Assembly (NCBI GenBank): GCA_020636645.1
Contig: JACJXO010000002.1
Span: 106,465-170,464, forward strand
From: Chitinophagales bacterium
GTDB taxonomy: Bacteria > Bacteroidota > Bacteroidia > Chitinophagales > BACL12
Length of the DNA stretch: 64,000 bases
Reading direction: 5' to 3'
Positions 25,680 through 36,114 of the stretch are shown piece after piece. Numbering within the stretch: position 1 is the stretch's first letter; each line of letters starts with the position of its first letter. The notes beneath the pieces were generated by a model. It was not told the origin of the DNA. It ran no database searches and saw nothing but the letters and a program-made list of their open reading frames with translations. The translations under genes were made by a program, and so were the position numbers.

Positions 25680-26249
25680 TTATATTTTTTCTACAATGAG
25701 AATTCTGTCGCTTTCCAGTCGCAGTACACGAACCGGGGTGCCTGATTCTATCCGGTCGCCGTCGGTCAGCGCTTCTAGTTCATGGGTGGAACCCTTGATG
25801 CTGATGAGAACTTTTCCGATCCCCGCTTTCTGTCCCGGAATAGGTGTATAGGCTTCTCCAACTTTATCCAGTGTGTCCTGGTAGGTAAAGGAATTATTCT
25901 CCGCCAGTTTGATAAGTTGCTGCATCAGCCAGAGGAAGACCAGTACGAACAAGCCGCCGATCAGGGCAGACACCACGATCAGGAGCAAGGAATTGTGGAT
26001 GGTACCAAACAGAGAAATACCTGACCAGCTGAATCCAAGGAGGAAATGGATGAGGCTTCGGAAAGACAGGAGCTGAAATGGTGCATCGGCACCGTCCAGA
26101 TCGCTGTCAAAATCTGCTGACATGCCGTCACCGCCGTCAGTCCCCATAAAGGTCATGATGGTCTGAATCAGAAAAATAATACTTACCGGAAGGGCAGTGT
26201 ACCAGAAGATCTTCAGTACCGGGTCCAGGTTTTCAAAGAAATGTATCAT
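25680..26249 (-). CDS. NfeD-like membrane protein (YqiJ-like), partner of flotillin
   Basis: 189 aa with multiple TM segments and a C-terminal OB-like segment GKVLISIKGSTHELEALTDGDRIESGTPVRV. It lies 11 nt upstream of flotillin. Confidence 0.7.
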   Translation of the reverse strand: MIHFFENLDPVLKIFWYTALPVSIIFLIQTIMTFMGTDGGDGMSADFDSDLDGADAPFQLLSFRSLIHFLLGFSWSGISLFGTIHNSLLLIVVSALIGGLFVLVFLWLMQQLIKLAENNSFTYQDTLDKVGEAYTPIPGQKAGIGKVLISIKGSTHELEALTDGDRIESGTPVRVLRLESDRILIVEKI

Positions 26250-26420
26250 GGGTGTTTGTCCGGTAAATATATTCTGTAGGGAAGTAAAATGAAAGCCATG
26301 AATGATATTATGTGCAAACTGGTCTTACAATTCTCTGCCGGAAATATGGCCTTGCAACAAGTATGACCAGGGATGAACGTTATAGCTCAACCTGTATTCT
26401 TCTTACCTTTAAGCGTGTTA

Positions 26421-28046
26421 ATGAAGAAGTGGATCTGGATAATATGGTTTCTCCTGCCGGTGGTTACATCTGCCCAGGATAGCAACCGGGTGCCGGGACA
26501 ACTGATCGTGGAGCTTTTCAGCGATGCCCGGCCGGAACAGCTGATCGCCGACCTGCAACAGGCAGGTTTTGATTGTCAATTGGCCTATGTCTGTGTGCAG
26601 GCACTGCACCTGTATGTCATTTCCATACCGGAAGAAGCTCATGAACAGGTATTCGCATATTGTCAGCAGCATCCTGATGTAAAGCAGCTGCAGTACAACC
26701 ACTACCTCGAGATCAGGGGTTTTCCGGACGACAGCTCTTTTGACCTGCAGTGGGCTTTGTACAACGACGGTTCTACAGGTGGTACCGATGATGCAGACAT
26801 CGATGCAGATCTGGCCTGGGATCTCAGCACCGGTGGCTGGACCGCAGAAGGAGATACCATTGTGATAGCCATTGTGGACGATGGTTTCTACCTGCCCCAC
26901 AATGACCTAGTGTTTCGCAAGAATTATTCTGAGATTCCCGGAAACGGATTAGATGACGACGACAACGGCTTTATTGATGATTTTGATGGCTGGAACAGCC
27001 TGGATAATTCTGATAACTTGCCTGAATTCAGTCACGGCACCCATGTGTCAGGCATTGCAGGTGCCCGCGGTGACAATGCACTCGGTGTGACCGGTGTCAA
27101 CTGGAATGTACAGATCCTGCCACTATCCATCGGTGCAGGTGCAGTGATAGAGAGTAATGTGCTGGAGTGTTACGGTTATGTCTATACAGAACGCAAACGC
27201 TATGATGACAGCAACGGAACAGAGGGGAGTTTCATTGTTGCCACCAATGCATCATTCGGTATCGACTTTGCAGACCCGAATGACTTTCCTTTGTGGTGCA
27301 GCATGTATGACAGCCTGGGTACCCTGGGCATTCTCAGTGCAGGAGCAACGGCTAATTCCAATGTGAACATAGACCTGGTTGGTGATATGCCCACCGCATG
27401 CAGCAGTGATTTTCTCATTACAGTGAACAGCACCAACAAGACCGATAATAAATCAACCTCCGGATATGGTTCAGTTTCTATTGATCTGGGCGCACCGGGT
27501 TCGCTGATATACTCTACCGTGGTAGGCAACTCCTGGAATTACCAGACAGGTACCTCCATGGCTGCTCCGCATGTGGCGGGTGCTGTGGCGCTGATGCTGA
27601 GTTATGGTTGTGAGAATTTTCTATATCAATATAAGCATGATCCGGAAACGGCTGCGCTGGCATTGAAGCAATTTATTCTGGATGGTGTGGATCCGCTGGA
27701 AGACCTGGATACCATTACCGTAAGTGGTGGCCGGCTGAACGTATATAATGCCATGCTGATGCTGGATGAATATTGTGATACCCTGACAGCCATCGCACAG
27801 GTGGACGAGGTGCAGTTCGGGCTGTATCCCAATCCCGCAACAGACTACCTGACCATACAAACCAATGGCGGGTATTTTCTTTATACTTTAGCAGACGTTT
27901 GGGGCAGGACCTGCCGGTCGGGCGAAATATCCGGTCGTACAACTGCCCTGGTAGATATCCGGAACCTCCCCGCCGGCATCTATGTTTGTACACTACGCAC
28001 TTCGGCAGGAAAGCCTGCCGGCTCTGCCAGGGTGGTAGTGGAGTAA
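26421..28046 (+). CDS. Subtilisin-family (S8) serine peptidase with an I9-like propeptide and T9SS CTD
   Basis: The catalytic triad contexts are AIVDDG, HGTHVSGIAG and GTSMAAPHVAG. The CTD reads LYPNPATDYLTIQ...IYVCTL. The start is moved to MKKWIWIIWF. Confidence 0.85.
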   Translation: MKKWIWIIWFLLPVVTSAQDSNRVPGQLIVELFSDARPEQLIADLQQAGFDCQLAYVCVQALHLYVISIPEEAHEQVFAYCQQHPDVKQLQYNHYLEIRGFPDDSSFDLQWALYNDGSTGGTDDADIDADLAWDLSTGGWTAEGDTIVIAIVDDGFYLPHNDLVFRKNYSEIPGNGLDDDDNGFIDDFDGWNSLDNSDNLPEFSHGTHVSGIAGARGDNALGVTGVNWNVQILPLSIGAGAVIESNVLECYGYVYTERKRYDDSNGTEGSFIVATNASFGIDFADPNDFPLWCSMYDSLGTLGILSAGATANSNVNIDLVGDMPTACSSDFLITVNSTNKTDNKSTSGYGSVSIDLGAPGSLIYSTVVGNSWNYQTGTSMAAPHVAGAVALMLSYGCENFLYQYKHDPETAALALKQFILDGVDPLEDLDTITVSGGRLNVYNAMLMLDEYCDTLTAIAQVDEVQFGLYPNPATDYLTIQTNGGYFLYTLADVWGRTCRSGEISGRTTALVDIRNLPAGIYVCTLRTSAGKPAGSARVVVE

Positions 28047-28056
28047 GTTGACAACA

Positions 28057-29757
28057 ATGGATAAACGCTGGGTGATCAGAGAGTCGGATGCCGGTGCCGT
28101 GCATATTTTGCAGGAGGCCCTGGGTATCCATCCCGTACTGTGCAAGCTGCTGGTGGACAGGGGTATCGACACATACGATAAAGCCAAACAATTCTTTCGT
28201 CCGCAACTGAGCGATCTGCACAATCCCTTTGAGATGAAGGGCATGCGGGAAGCCGTCAACCGTATCCTTCGGGCATCGGAACAGGGTGAACGCATTCTGG
28301 TGTACGGCGACTATGATGTGGACGGCACCACTTCAGTGGCGCTGATGTTCTCCTTCCTCAACCGCTTCTATCCTAATATAGATTACTACATACCCGACCG
28401 CTACAAAGAAGGGTATGGCATTTCCTTTCAGGGGATAGATTATGCAGAAGACAACAACTGTGCACTCATCATTGCACTGGATTGTGGTATCAAGGCAGTG
28501 GAACAGGTAGCCTATGCCAATAGCAAGGGCATTGACATGATCATCTGCGACCACCACCTTCCCGGCGATGAACTGCCTGCTGCGGTGGCCATCCTCGATC
28601 CGCATCAGCCGGATTGCAACTATCCCTATAAATACCTGAGCGGTTGTGGCATCGGTTTCAAACTGGCACAGGCCATCACCCTGGAGGCAGGACTGGACGA
28701 AGACCGTGCCCTTGACCTCCTGGATCTTGTGGCAGTGAGTATTGCAAGTGACATTGTTCCCATCACAGGAGAGAACAGAGTGCTTGCGTTTTATGGACTG
28801 CGGAAGATGGATACCAACCCTACCAAAGGTCTGAAAGCCCTGATGGAGATCAGCGATGTGCGCCCACCCCTGAGCATCAGCAAGATCGTGTTCGGTCTCG
28901 GTCCACGCATCAATGCTGCCGGCCGGCTGGATGATGCCCGGAAGGCTGTGCGCATGCTCATCAGCAGTACTGATCAGTTTGCCCGCAACCATGCCGGCGA
29001 TCTGCAGGGGCACAACATGGACAGAAAAGAAATTGACCGCAGCATCACTGCAGAAGCCCTGGAGATGCTGGACAATGATCCGCTTACTCCCGAACGGGTC
29101 ACGAACGTGCTGTTCAATCCTGCCTGGCATAAAGGGGTCATTGGTATTGTGGCCAGTCGCATCATGGACCACTATTACAAACCCACCATCATGCTGACCG
29201 AGAGCAACGGTGTGGTTGCCGGATCGGCACGGTCAGTAAAAGGCTATGATGTGTATGAGGCCATCAGTGCATGTGGCGATCTCCTGGAGCAGTTCGGCGG
29301 ACATATGTACGCAGCCGGACTCACCATGAAGCCGGAAAATGTAGAGGCATTCAAAGACAGATTTGAGAAGGTGGTCAAGTCAACCATCAGACCTGAACAG
29401 CTGATACCAGAGATCGAGATAGACGCGGTACTGAACCTGAAAGACATCACACCCGGTTTTTACAAGATACTTCGTCAGTTCGCCCCGTTCGGTCCGGAAA
29501 ACCTGCCGCCCGTTTTCATCACGGAAGAGCTGACCTGCAACGGCAGGAGCAAGGTGGTGGGCAACGGTCATCTCAAACTCGATGTGCGAGACAGAAACCG
29601 CTTCCGGGCAAGCGGCATCGCCTTCCAGCAGGGAGATCATTATCCCTATGTATCTTCGGGCTATCCGTTCGACCTGGCCTATTACCTCGAAGAGAATGAG
29701 TTCAACGGCCAGACGAATCTGCAACTAAACGTCAAAGACATCCGCGTACACGCATGA
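28057..29757 (+). CDS. recJ: Single-stranded-DNA-specific exonuclease RecJ
   Basis: DHH motifs are present ([20 protein letters not shown]) together with a DHHA1 region. The ATG at 28057 is preferred over the TTG at 28048. Confidence 0.9.
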   Translation: MDKRWVIRESDAGAVHILQEALGIHPVLCKLLVDRGIDTYDKAKQFFRPQLSDLHNPFEMKGMREAVNRILRASEQGERILVYGDYDVDGTTSVALMFSFLNRFYPNIDYYIPDRYKEGYGISFQGIDYAEDNNCALIIALDCGIKAVEQVAYANSKGIDMIICDHHLPGDELPAAVAILDPHQPDCNYPYKYLSGCGIGFKLAQAITLEAGLDEDRALDLLDLVAVSIASDIVPITGENRVLAFYGLRKMDTNPTKGLKALMEISDVRPPLSISKIVFGLGPRINAAGRLDDARKAVRMLISSTDQFARNHAGDLQGHNMDRKEIDRSITAEALEMLDNDPLTPERVTNVLFNPAWHKGVIGIVASRIMDHYYKPTIMLTESNGVVAGSARSVKGYDVYEAISACGDLLEQFGGHMYAAGLTMKPENVEAFKDRFEKVVKSTIRPEQLIPEIEIDAVLNLKDITPGFYKILRQFAPFGPENLPPVFITEELTCNGRSKVVGNGHLKLDVRDRNRFRASGIAFQQGDHYPYVSSGYPFDLAYYLEENEFNGQTNLQLNVKDIRVHA

Positions 29758-30503
29758 TACTCCGCTCAGAAGGACTGGTCAAGAAATACAAACGCCGCAC
29801 CGTGGTGAACGAGGTCAGTGTGCAGGTGGAACAGGGTGAGATCGTCGGGCTGCTGGGCCCCAACGGCGCCGGCAAGACCACCAGTTTCTATATGATCGTA
29901 GGGCTCATCAAGGCTGATGCAGGAGAAGTCTATCTGGACAACAAGCCCATCACCAAACTGCCCATGTACAAACGGGCTCAGCTGGGAGTGGGCTATCTGC
30001 CGCAGGAAGCCAGTGTATTCCGGAAGATGAGCGTGGAAGATAATATTGCCGCTGTATTGCAGATGACGAAACTGAGCAGGAAGGAACAGGCACACAAACT
30101 GGAAGAACTCATAGATGAATTCGGTCTTGGACACGTGCGAAAAAGCAACGGCGATGTACTGTCAGGCGGTGAAAGAAGACGCACGGAAATAGCCAGGGCT
30201 CTGGCCGTGAATCCCAAATTCATCCTGCTCGACGAACCCTTTGCCGGCATCGACCCCATTGCGGTAGAAGACATACAGGGCATCGTGGAAACACTGAAGT
30301 TCAAAAAGATCGGTGTGCTCATCACTGACCACAACGTGCAGGAGACCCTGAGTATCACAGACCGTGCTTATCTGTTGTTTGAAGGGAAGATCCTGAAACA
30401 GGGCAGTGCAGAAGAACTGGCAGAGGATCCGCAGGTGCGAAAGGTCTATCTGGGCCAGAGCTTTGAGCTGCGCCGCAAGGTGCGGAACGGAAGTAGTAAT
30501 TAG
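29754..30503 (+). CDS. lptB: LPS export ABC transporter ATP-binding protein LptB
   Basis: Walker A is GPNGAGKTT, the signature is LSGGERRR, and Walker B is ILLDEPF. Its start overlaps recJ by ATGA. Confidence 0.85.
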   Translation: MILRSEGLVKKYKRRTVVNEVSVQVEQGEIVGLLGPNGAGKTTSFYMIVGLIKADAGEVYLDNKPITKLPMYKRAQLGVGYLPQEASVFRKMSVEDNIAAVLQMTKLSRKEQAHKLEELIDEFGLGHVRKSNGDVLSGGERRRTEIARALAVNPKFILLDEPFAGIDPIAVEDIQGIVETLKFKKIGVLITDHNVQETLSITDRAYLLFEGKILKQGSAEELAEDPQVRKVYLGQSFELRRKVRNGSSN

Positions 30504-30558
30504 CTGATCAGAGAATGAGCTGACCGGTCAATCAGATCTCTACCTGTATTCTCTTTCC

Positions 30559-31806
30559 TCACACATTCTCCAGCGCCTGTCTGATATCATCGATCAGATC
30601 TTCGTGGTGTTCCACACCGATCGATATACGCACCAGACTTTCAGATATATGATGTTTCAGTTTATCTGCAGGTGATACATCGGCATGTGTCATCGTAGCA
30701 GGATGTTCTGCCAGCGATTCGGTACTTCCCAGGGAAACCGCCAGGCGTATCAGCTTCAGTCCGTTCAGGAATCGGAAAGCTTCAGCCTCTCCACCCTTTA
30801 CATCGAAGCTCAGCATGGCACCGGATGAGCTGTATTGTTTTTCGCGTATGCGGTACTGTTCACTGCCTTCTTCCAGATGCCCCAGGTAATACAGTTTCTC
30901 CACTTTAGGATGATCCTTCAGAAAATCTGCCACCTGCCTGGCATTGGCTGCCTGGGTCTCCATGCGTGGTTTCAGGGTTTCCAGACTGCGCATCATGAGC
31001 CAGCCGGTAAAGGGACTGCACATGTTTCCCAGAAAAGTGCGCAATCCACGAACCCGGGTCATCAGCTCTCTGTTGCCCAGCACGGCACCTGCTATGAGGT
31101 CACTGTGACCTCCAATGTATTTGGTAGCGCTGTACACCACCAGATCGGCACCGAGCTGGAGCGGGTGGCTCCACAATGGTCCCATGTAGGTATTATCGAC
31201 CACAACAAGCACCTTTCGTTCATCAGTGGAAAAATGATCGGCGATCTCGCGGCACATTTCCAGATCGATCAGGGCATTGGTGGGGTTGGCCGGTGTTTCC
31301 ACATAGATCATCGCCAGTTTGCCACCTTGTTCCTGTTCCACTTTTTGGATGATCTCTTCCTTGCGCATGGAGGCATTGAATTCCACATGACCTACACTCC
31401 ACTTGGGCAGCACATGGTTGATGCTGTGATCGGTTCCGCCATAAACCGGAGAGGAATACAACAGCACATCTCCGGGCTGCAGGAATTCCAGCATGACCGT
31501 GGTGATAGCACCCATACCGGAAGCGAACACAGCGCAGTCTTCAGCCTTATCCCATAAACAAAGACGGTTCTCCAGGATCTCCAGGTCGGGGTTGTTCAGG
31601 CGGCTGTAGATCAGTCCGGGCACTTCATTCACTTCTGCCTGCTGCAATCCATAGGCCAGCTCAAAGAAACGTTTGCCTTCTTCTGCAGTTTTGAAAACAA
31701 AGGTGGAGGTCTGAAAGATCGGGCATTTCACGGCCCCTTCACTGAGTTCCGGCTTATAGCCAAAGCCCATCATCAGGCTTTCCGGGTGGAGATTCTTGTT
31801 GTCCAT
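30559..31806 (-). CDS. Trans-sulfuration family PLP enzyme (cystathionine beta-lyase / gamma-synthase / methionine gamma-lyase-like)
   Basis: 415 aa with the PLP-Lys context YSATKYIGGHSD and Cys/Met-metabolism family motifs. Confidence 0.75.
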   Translation of the reverse strand: MDNKNLHPESLMMGFGYKPELSEGAVKCPIFQTSTFVFKTAEEGKRFFELAYGLQQAEVNEVPGLIYSRLNNPDLEILENRLCLWDKAEDCAVFASGMGAITTVMLEFLQPGDVLLYSSPVYGGTDHSINHVLPKWSVGHVEFNASMRKEEIIQKVEQEQGGKLAMIYVETPANPTNALIDLEMCREIADHFSTDERKVLVVVDNTYMGPLWSHPLQLGADLVVYSATKYIGGHSDLIAGAVLGNRELMTRVRGLRTFLGNMCSPFTGWLMMRSLETLKPRMETQAANARQVADFLKDHPKVEKLYYLGHLEEGSEQYRIREKQYSSSGAMLSFDVKGGEAEAFRFLNGLKLIRLAVSLGSTESLAEHPATMTHADVSPADKLKHHISESLVRISIGVEHHEDLIDDIRQALENV

Positions 31807-31878
31807 GATGCAAAGGTAGAATTACCCCTGACCGGAGACAGGGTGATTTTTATCAGCATAGATAAATGAACCGGATGT

Positions 31879-32976
31879 TTAGTTGTTATATACCCGTTTC
31901 ATCCATCTGGGAAGAAAGAAAATTCCCATTAGCAGATAAGGGTAAAAGGAGATCATGCGCCAGAGCAAAGCCATGATTGGTACCAGTGCCGGACTGGTGA
32001 TATCGCACATCAAAGCACTGAAACTGATCTCAGCTACTCCGGCACCTCCGGGTGTGGCAGGTATCAGGGTGATCATCCAGACCACTGTTTGCCGGGCCAT
32101 GACCACCAGGTATTCCAGTGTTGCAGGATCAAAAAATGCCATGAAAATAAATACGCTGATGAGAAAGAGAGATAACCAGGCCAACAGGGTGCTGCCAACG
32201 GCTTTCAACCAGAAGCGCAGGTTCTTTCCTTTCAGCATGTGAGAGGTGGCTACAATATCATCGCCGGTGCGAAGGGCCTCTGCTTTCCAGCGTTTCAGGA
32301 ACGGGAGAGAAAACAATCTGCCCAGAAAGGATTTGAATGCGCCGGCATTGACAAAAAGTCCCCAGGCCAGTCCGATCACCACCAGCAGGTAAAAGATGTA
32401 GGCCACATAATACAGGGTCTCTACATTGTGGAAGAGACGCATCATGGGCAGTTCACTCTGGGTGCGACAGCCCATGTCTTTGGCGAACATCTCTTCACTG
32501 CCTACAAGCAGGGTGAACAGAGGTGCGATGACCGCGAATACTGCCTGATCCAGAAAGACAGTGAGCATACTGGTGGTGGCACTTTGTCCTACACTCAGCT
32601 TTTCTTTTTTAAGAAGATAAACCGCCACAGCAGCACCACCTACAGTAGAAGGGGTCACGGCAGAGCTGAATAACCAAAGTGTGATGACCTCGAAACTTTG
32701 TCGCCAGCTCAGGTGCTTGTTGGTCAGATGGCGGATGCGGTACATGTATGCCAGGTGTCTGATACCCAGCAGGATATAGCCCAGAAAGAGGAGAAGCAGG
32801 CTGTTGGCAGTCCAGGAGATGAGCCGGAAGGCATCTACGTCAAAAGAGACAAATATGAGGTAGCCTGACAGGACCAGACTGAGTGCAATGACCCAGAGGA
32901 CCTTACGATAACTGAACTGTTTATTCAGTTGTTCGGCCTGATCTGAAACCGGTATGTCCGGTTCAGGCTGCGTCAT
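31879..32976 (-). CDS. Flippase-like polytopic membrane protein (lysyl-PG synthase TM-domain family, UPF0104)
   Basis: 365 aa with about 8 TM segments. It carries the conserved ...PATPGGAGVAE... motif. Confidence 0.65.
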   Translation of the reverse strand: MTQPEPDIPVSDQAEQLNKQFSYRKVLWVIALSLVLSGYLIFVSFDVDAFRLISWTANSLLLLFLGYILLGIRHLAYMYRIRHLTNKHLSWRQSFEVITLWLFSSAVTPSTVGGAAVAVYLLKKEKLSVGQSATTSMLTVFLDQAVFAVIAPLFTLLVGSEEMFAKDMGCRTQSELPMMRLFHNVETLYYVAYIFYLLVVIGLAWGLFVNAGAFKSFLGRLFSLPFLKRWKAEALRTGDDIVATSHMLKGKNLRFWLKAVGSTLLAWLSLFLISVFIFMAFFDPATLEYLVVMARQTVVWMITLIPATPGGAGVAEISFSALMCDITSPALVPIMALLWRMISFYPYLLMGIFFLPRWMKRVYNN

Positions 32977-33730
32977 CTTCGCGGAACTGGTTGTAGCTTA
33001 CCCAGAACTGATTGAAACCTTCGCCAATGAGCAGATCGATTCGCTGCAGCTGGATCAGGTCGAGCACAGAGAGGAAACGGAATATGGCCTGGTGACGATC
33101 TGCGCAGGTGGAGAATAATTCCTCGAAGTCCACCCGGTCTTTCGACTTGCAGAAACTGATCACATTGTCTGCTTCTTCTTCGATGGTGTAGTTGTACTGA
33201 AACACTACGTGTTCTACCTCTTCCGGCTGATGCCGATAGCGTTCCATCACCTTTTCAAAAACCTTCAGCAGGGTGAACAGATTGACAGCGCTCAGCTCCA
33301 TCTCATTGCTGAACTGTTTGGCCAGCACAGAATGTTCGGCCTGGATATTGCCACGCTGCATCTTGAAGCGGCGCTGGTCTTCCAGGTTGCCCAGTTCTTC
33401 CAGTACGTCTTTGTAGCGTTTGTATTCCACCAGACGATCCACGAGTTCTTTCCGCGGATCGATCTCATTGCCAAATTCATCCAGTTCTTTTCTGGGCAGC
33501 AGCATTTTGGCTTTGATGCGCATCAGGGTGGCTGCCACCAGGATGAACTCACTGGCCACCTCGATGTTGAGCTGGTTCATCTGGTGGATATAATCCAGAA
33601 AATCGTTGGTGATGCGGGAGATGGGAATATCATAGATATCCAGCTCATCCCGCTCAATGAAGAAGAGCAGCAGGTCGAACGGCCCCTCGAACTGGGGCAG
33701 TTTGATCTCAAAGGTCTCGTTAGACGCCAT
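32963..33730 (-). CDS. scpA: Segregation and condensation protein A
   Basis: The N-terminus reads FEGPFDLLLFFIERDELDIYDIPISRIT. It is 255 aa. Confidence 0.85.
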   Translation of the reverse strand: MASNETFEIKLPQFEGPFDLLLFFIERDELDIYDIPISRITNDFLDYIHQMNQLNIEVASEFILVAATLMRIKAKMLLPRKELDEFGNEIDPRKELVDRLVEYKRYKDVLEELGNLEDQRRFKMQRGNIQAEHSVLAKQFSNEMELSAVNLFTLLKVFEKVMERYRHQPEEVEHVVFQYNYTIEEEADNVISFCKSKDRVDFEELFSTCADRHQAIFRFLSVLDLIQLQRIDLLIGEGFNQFWVSYNQFREDDAA

Positions 33731-33757
33731 CGGGTTCGAAGTTAAGGAGTCTGCTGA

Positions 33758-35959
33758 TTAGTTGGCCACCTCACTCATGAACTTGATGTGGAGTAACTGG
33801 ACCTCTTCGTAGCTCAATCCTTCATCCTTGAGTTCATTGAACGCTTCTTTCAGATCGCCGCTTTCCATCTCGCGGAAGAAATCCATGACCTCATCCTGCA
33901 GATCCTCTTCTATGATGTCATTGAGGTAATAGTCGAGGTTGAGTTTGGTGCCACTGGTTACGATGCTGCTGATCTCATCGATCAGCTCGATCATCTTCAT
34001 CCCACGGTTGCGGGCGATCTCATCCAGCGGCAGCTTCTTGTCGATGTTCTGGATGATGTGGATCTTGTGCACGCTCTTGTTGGCCACCTGCTTCATGGTG
34101 TTGAAGTCGCCCGGGCGCTCGATCTCATTTTCCTCTACATACTTCTTGATAGCAGCTGCGAATTTGACGCCGTATTTGTTCGCCTTACCGGCACTCACCC
34201 CGCCTATCTTGCTCAGCTCTTCCAGATTGCAGGGATAGGTAGTAGCCATCTCTTCCAAAGAGCTTTCGCTGAAGATGACATAAGGTGGCAGCTTTTGTTC
34301 TTTCGCCACACTTTCGCGGATCTTCACCAGCATACTGAACAGGGTTTGGTCGAGCACACTCTTTCCACCACTTCCTTCCACCTGCACATCGGCAGCTTCT
34401 GCCTCGTAATCATGGTTGATGGAGAGCTTGATGTTCTTCGGCTTGTCGTTGAATTTTCGTCCTGCATCGGTAAGCCTGATGAGACCGTACTGTTCAATGT
34501 CTTTATACACCAGTGATTCCAGCAAACACTGACGCAATACCGAATGCCAGAAATGGTCGTCCTTCTCTTTGCCGCTGCCGAATATTTCCAGCTGGTCGTG
34601 CCGGTAATTCCCGATCTCCGTGGTACGCTTGCCCATGAGCAGGTCCACCAGATAAGGAATGCCATAATTCTCGTTGACAGCCTGCACCACTTTCAGGGCG
34701 GTTTGCACGAAGGTCTTGCCTTCTATCTTTTCTTTCGGGTTGAGACAATTGTCGCAGTGCCCGCAGTTATCCTGGTCATATCCTTCGCCGAAATAGTGCA
34801 GCAGGAAGCGGCGGCGGCAGACAGAAGTCTCTGCGTAAGCAGCAGTTTCGGCGAGCAGCTGAGCGCCCATCTCCCGTTCAGCCAAAGGTTTATCACGCAT
34901 GAACTTCTCCAGCTTCTCGATATCCTTATAGCTGTAGAAGGCGATGCATTTTCCCTCCAGTCCGTCACGACCTGCACGACCCGTTTCCTGGTAGTAGTTC
35001 TCGATGGATTTGGGAATATCGAAGTGGATGACAAAACGCACGTCCGGCTTGTCGATACCCATTCCGAAGGCGATGGTGGCCACGATCACATGCATCTCTT
35101 CCATCAGGAACTGGTCCTGCACCTGGGTTCTGGTAGCAGCTTCCATACCGGCGTGGTAGGGCACCGCCTTGATGCCATTCACGTTCAGCAGTTCTGCGAT
35201 CTCTTCCGTGCTCTTGCGGTTCAGACAATATACAATACCCGATTTATTGGGATGCTCCTGTATGTACTTGACGATCTGCTTGATGGCCTGCTCGCGGCTG
35301 CGTTTGGGGCGGATCTCATAGTAGAGGTTAGGGCGGTTGAACGACGACAGGAAGACGTTGGGGTCTTCGAGGTCGAGGTTCTTTTTGATATCGCTCTGCA
35401 CCTTAGGGGTGGCAGTTGCGGTAAGGGCGATGATCGGGATCTTCGCATCGATCTGCCCGATCATGGTCTTGATCTGGCGGTACTCCGGGCGGAAGTCATG
35501 GCCCCATTCTGAGATACAATGGGCCTCGTCCACAGCGATGAAAGAAACCTTGATGCCCCGGAAGAATTCCAGGTTCTCTTCCTTCTTCAGGGTTTCGGGA
35601 GCTACATACAGCATCTTGGTCTTGCCTGAGGTAATGTCGGCCTTCACCTTTTTGATGGTGGTGCGACTGAGGGTCGAGTTCAGGAAATGGGCAATGTTGT
35701 CATTACTGCTGTAGCTGCGCACCAGGTCCACCTGGTTCTTCATCAGGGCGATCAGCGGAGAGATGATGATGGCAGTGCCCTCCAGCATGACAGCGGGCAG
35801 CTGATAGCACAGCGATTTGCCGCCACCGGTGGGCATGATGACAAAGGTGTCACGTCCATCCAGCATACTTTGGATGATGGCCTCCTGATTTCCCTTAAAT
35901 GTGTTAAAGCCGAAGTACTCCTGCAGGGCTTCTTTCAATGATAATTCACTGGTTAGCAT
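33758..35959 (-). CDS. recQ: ATP-dependent DNA helicase RecQ
   Basis: Motifs are MPTGGGKSLCYQLP, DEAHCISEWGHDFRP and a zinc-binding CRR...CGHCDNC region. An HRDC region is present. It is 733 aa. Confidence 0.92.
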   Translation of the reverse strand: MLTSELSLKEALQEYFGFNTFKGNQEAIIQSMLDGRDTFVIMPTGGGKSLCYQLPAVMLEGTAIIISPLIALMKNQVDLVRSYSSNDNIAHFLNSTLSRTTIKKVKADITSGKTKMLYVAPETLKKEENLEFFRGIKVSFIAVDEAHCISEWGHDFRPEYRQIKTMIGQIDAKIPIIALTATATPKVQSDIKKNLDLEDPNVFLSSFNRPNLYYEIRPKRSREQAIKQIVKYIQEHPNKSGIVYCLNRKSTEEIAELLNVNGIKAVPYHAGMEAATRTQVQDQFLMEEMHVIVATIAFGMGIDKPDVRFVIHFDIPKSIENYYQETGRAGRDGLEGKCIAFYSYKDIEKLEKFMRDKPLAEREMGAQLLAETAAYAETSVCRRRFLLHYFGEGYDQDNCGHCDNCLNPKEKIEGKTFVQTALKVVQAVNENYGIPYLVDLLMGKRTTEIGNYRHDQLEIFGSGKEKDDHFWHSVLRQCLLESLVYKDIEQYGLIRLTDAGRKFNDKPKNIKLSINHDYEAEAADVQVEGSGGKSVLDQTLFSMLVKIRESVAKEQKLPPYVIFSESSLEEMATTYPCNLEELSKIGGVSAGKANKYGVKFAAAIKKYVEENEIERPGDFNTMKQVANKSVHKIHIIQNIDKKLPLDEIARNRGMKMIELIDEISSIVTSGTKLNLDYYLNDIIEEDLQDEVMDFFREMESGDLKEAFNELKDEGLSYEEVQLLHIKFMSEVAN

Positions 35960-36114
35960 ACGTCACTAATTCTAAAACGGTCAATTTCACTCTTGCAGAA
36001 CGGATATTTATGCAACTTTGCATTGCAATTCCGCTCTCACAGGGCTACCGGTGTGCGTGTTTAAATATACTGAATAACAAACAGAACCGGAGTACAAAAA
36101 TTACATAGGCAGGG

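Noticed and set aside
26373-26420. Upstream in-frame starts offered by the ORF track for several genes (26373, 22730, 28048 TTG, 46040 GTG, 47892, 45277 TTG, 22739)
   Set aside because: Downstream ATG codons give canonical signal peptides or conserved N-termini ([42 protein letters not shown]). The extensions add non-conserved residues.
28333-29172. 279-aa ORF antisense to recJ. Similar antisense ORFs lie at 34544-35512 (recQ), 30835-31557 (PLP enzyme), 49110-49796 (infB), 54528-55976 (mfd), 43625-44176 (oxidoreductase), 20836-21207 (kmo) and 33209-33745 (scpA).
   Set aside because: All lie fully inside strongly supported genes on the other strand. They are typical shadow ORFs of GC-balanced coding DNA.
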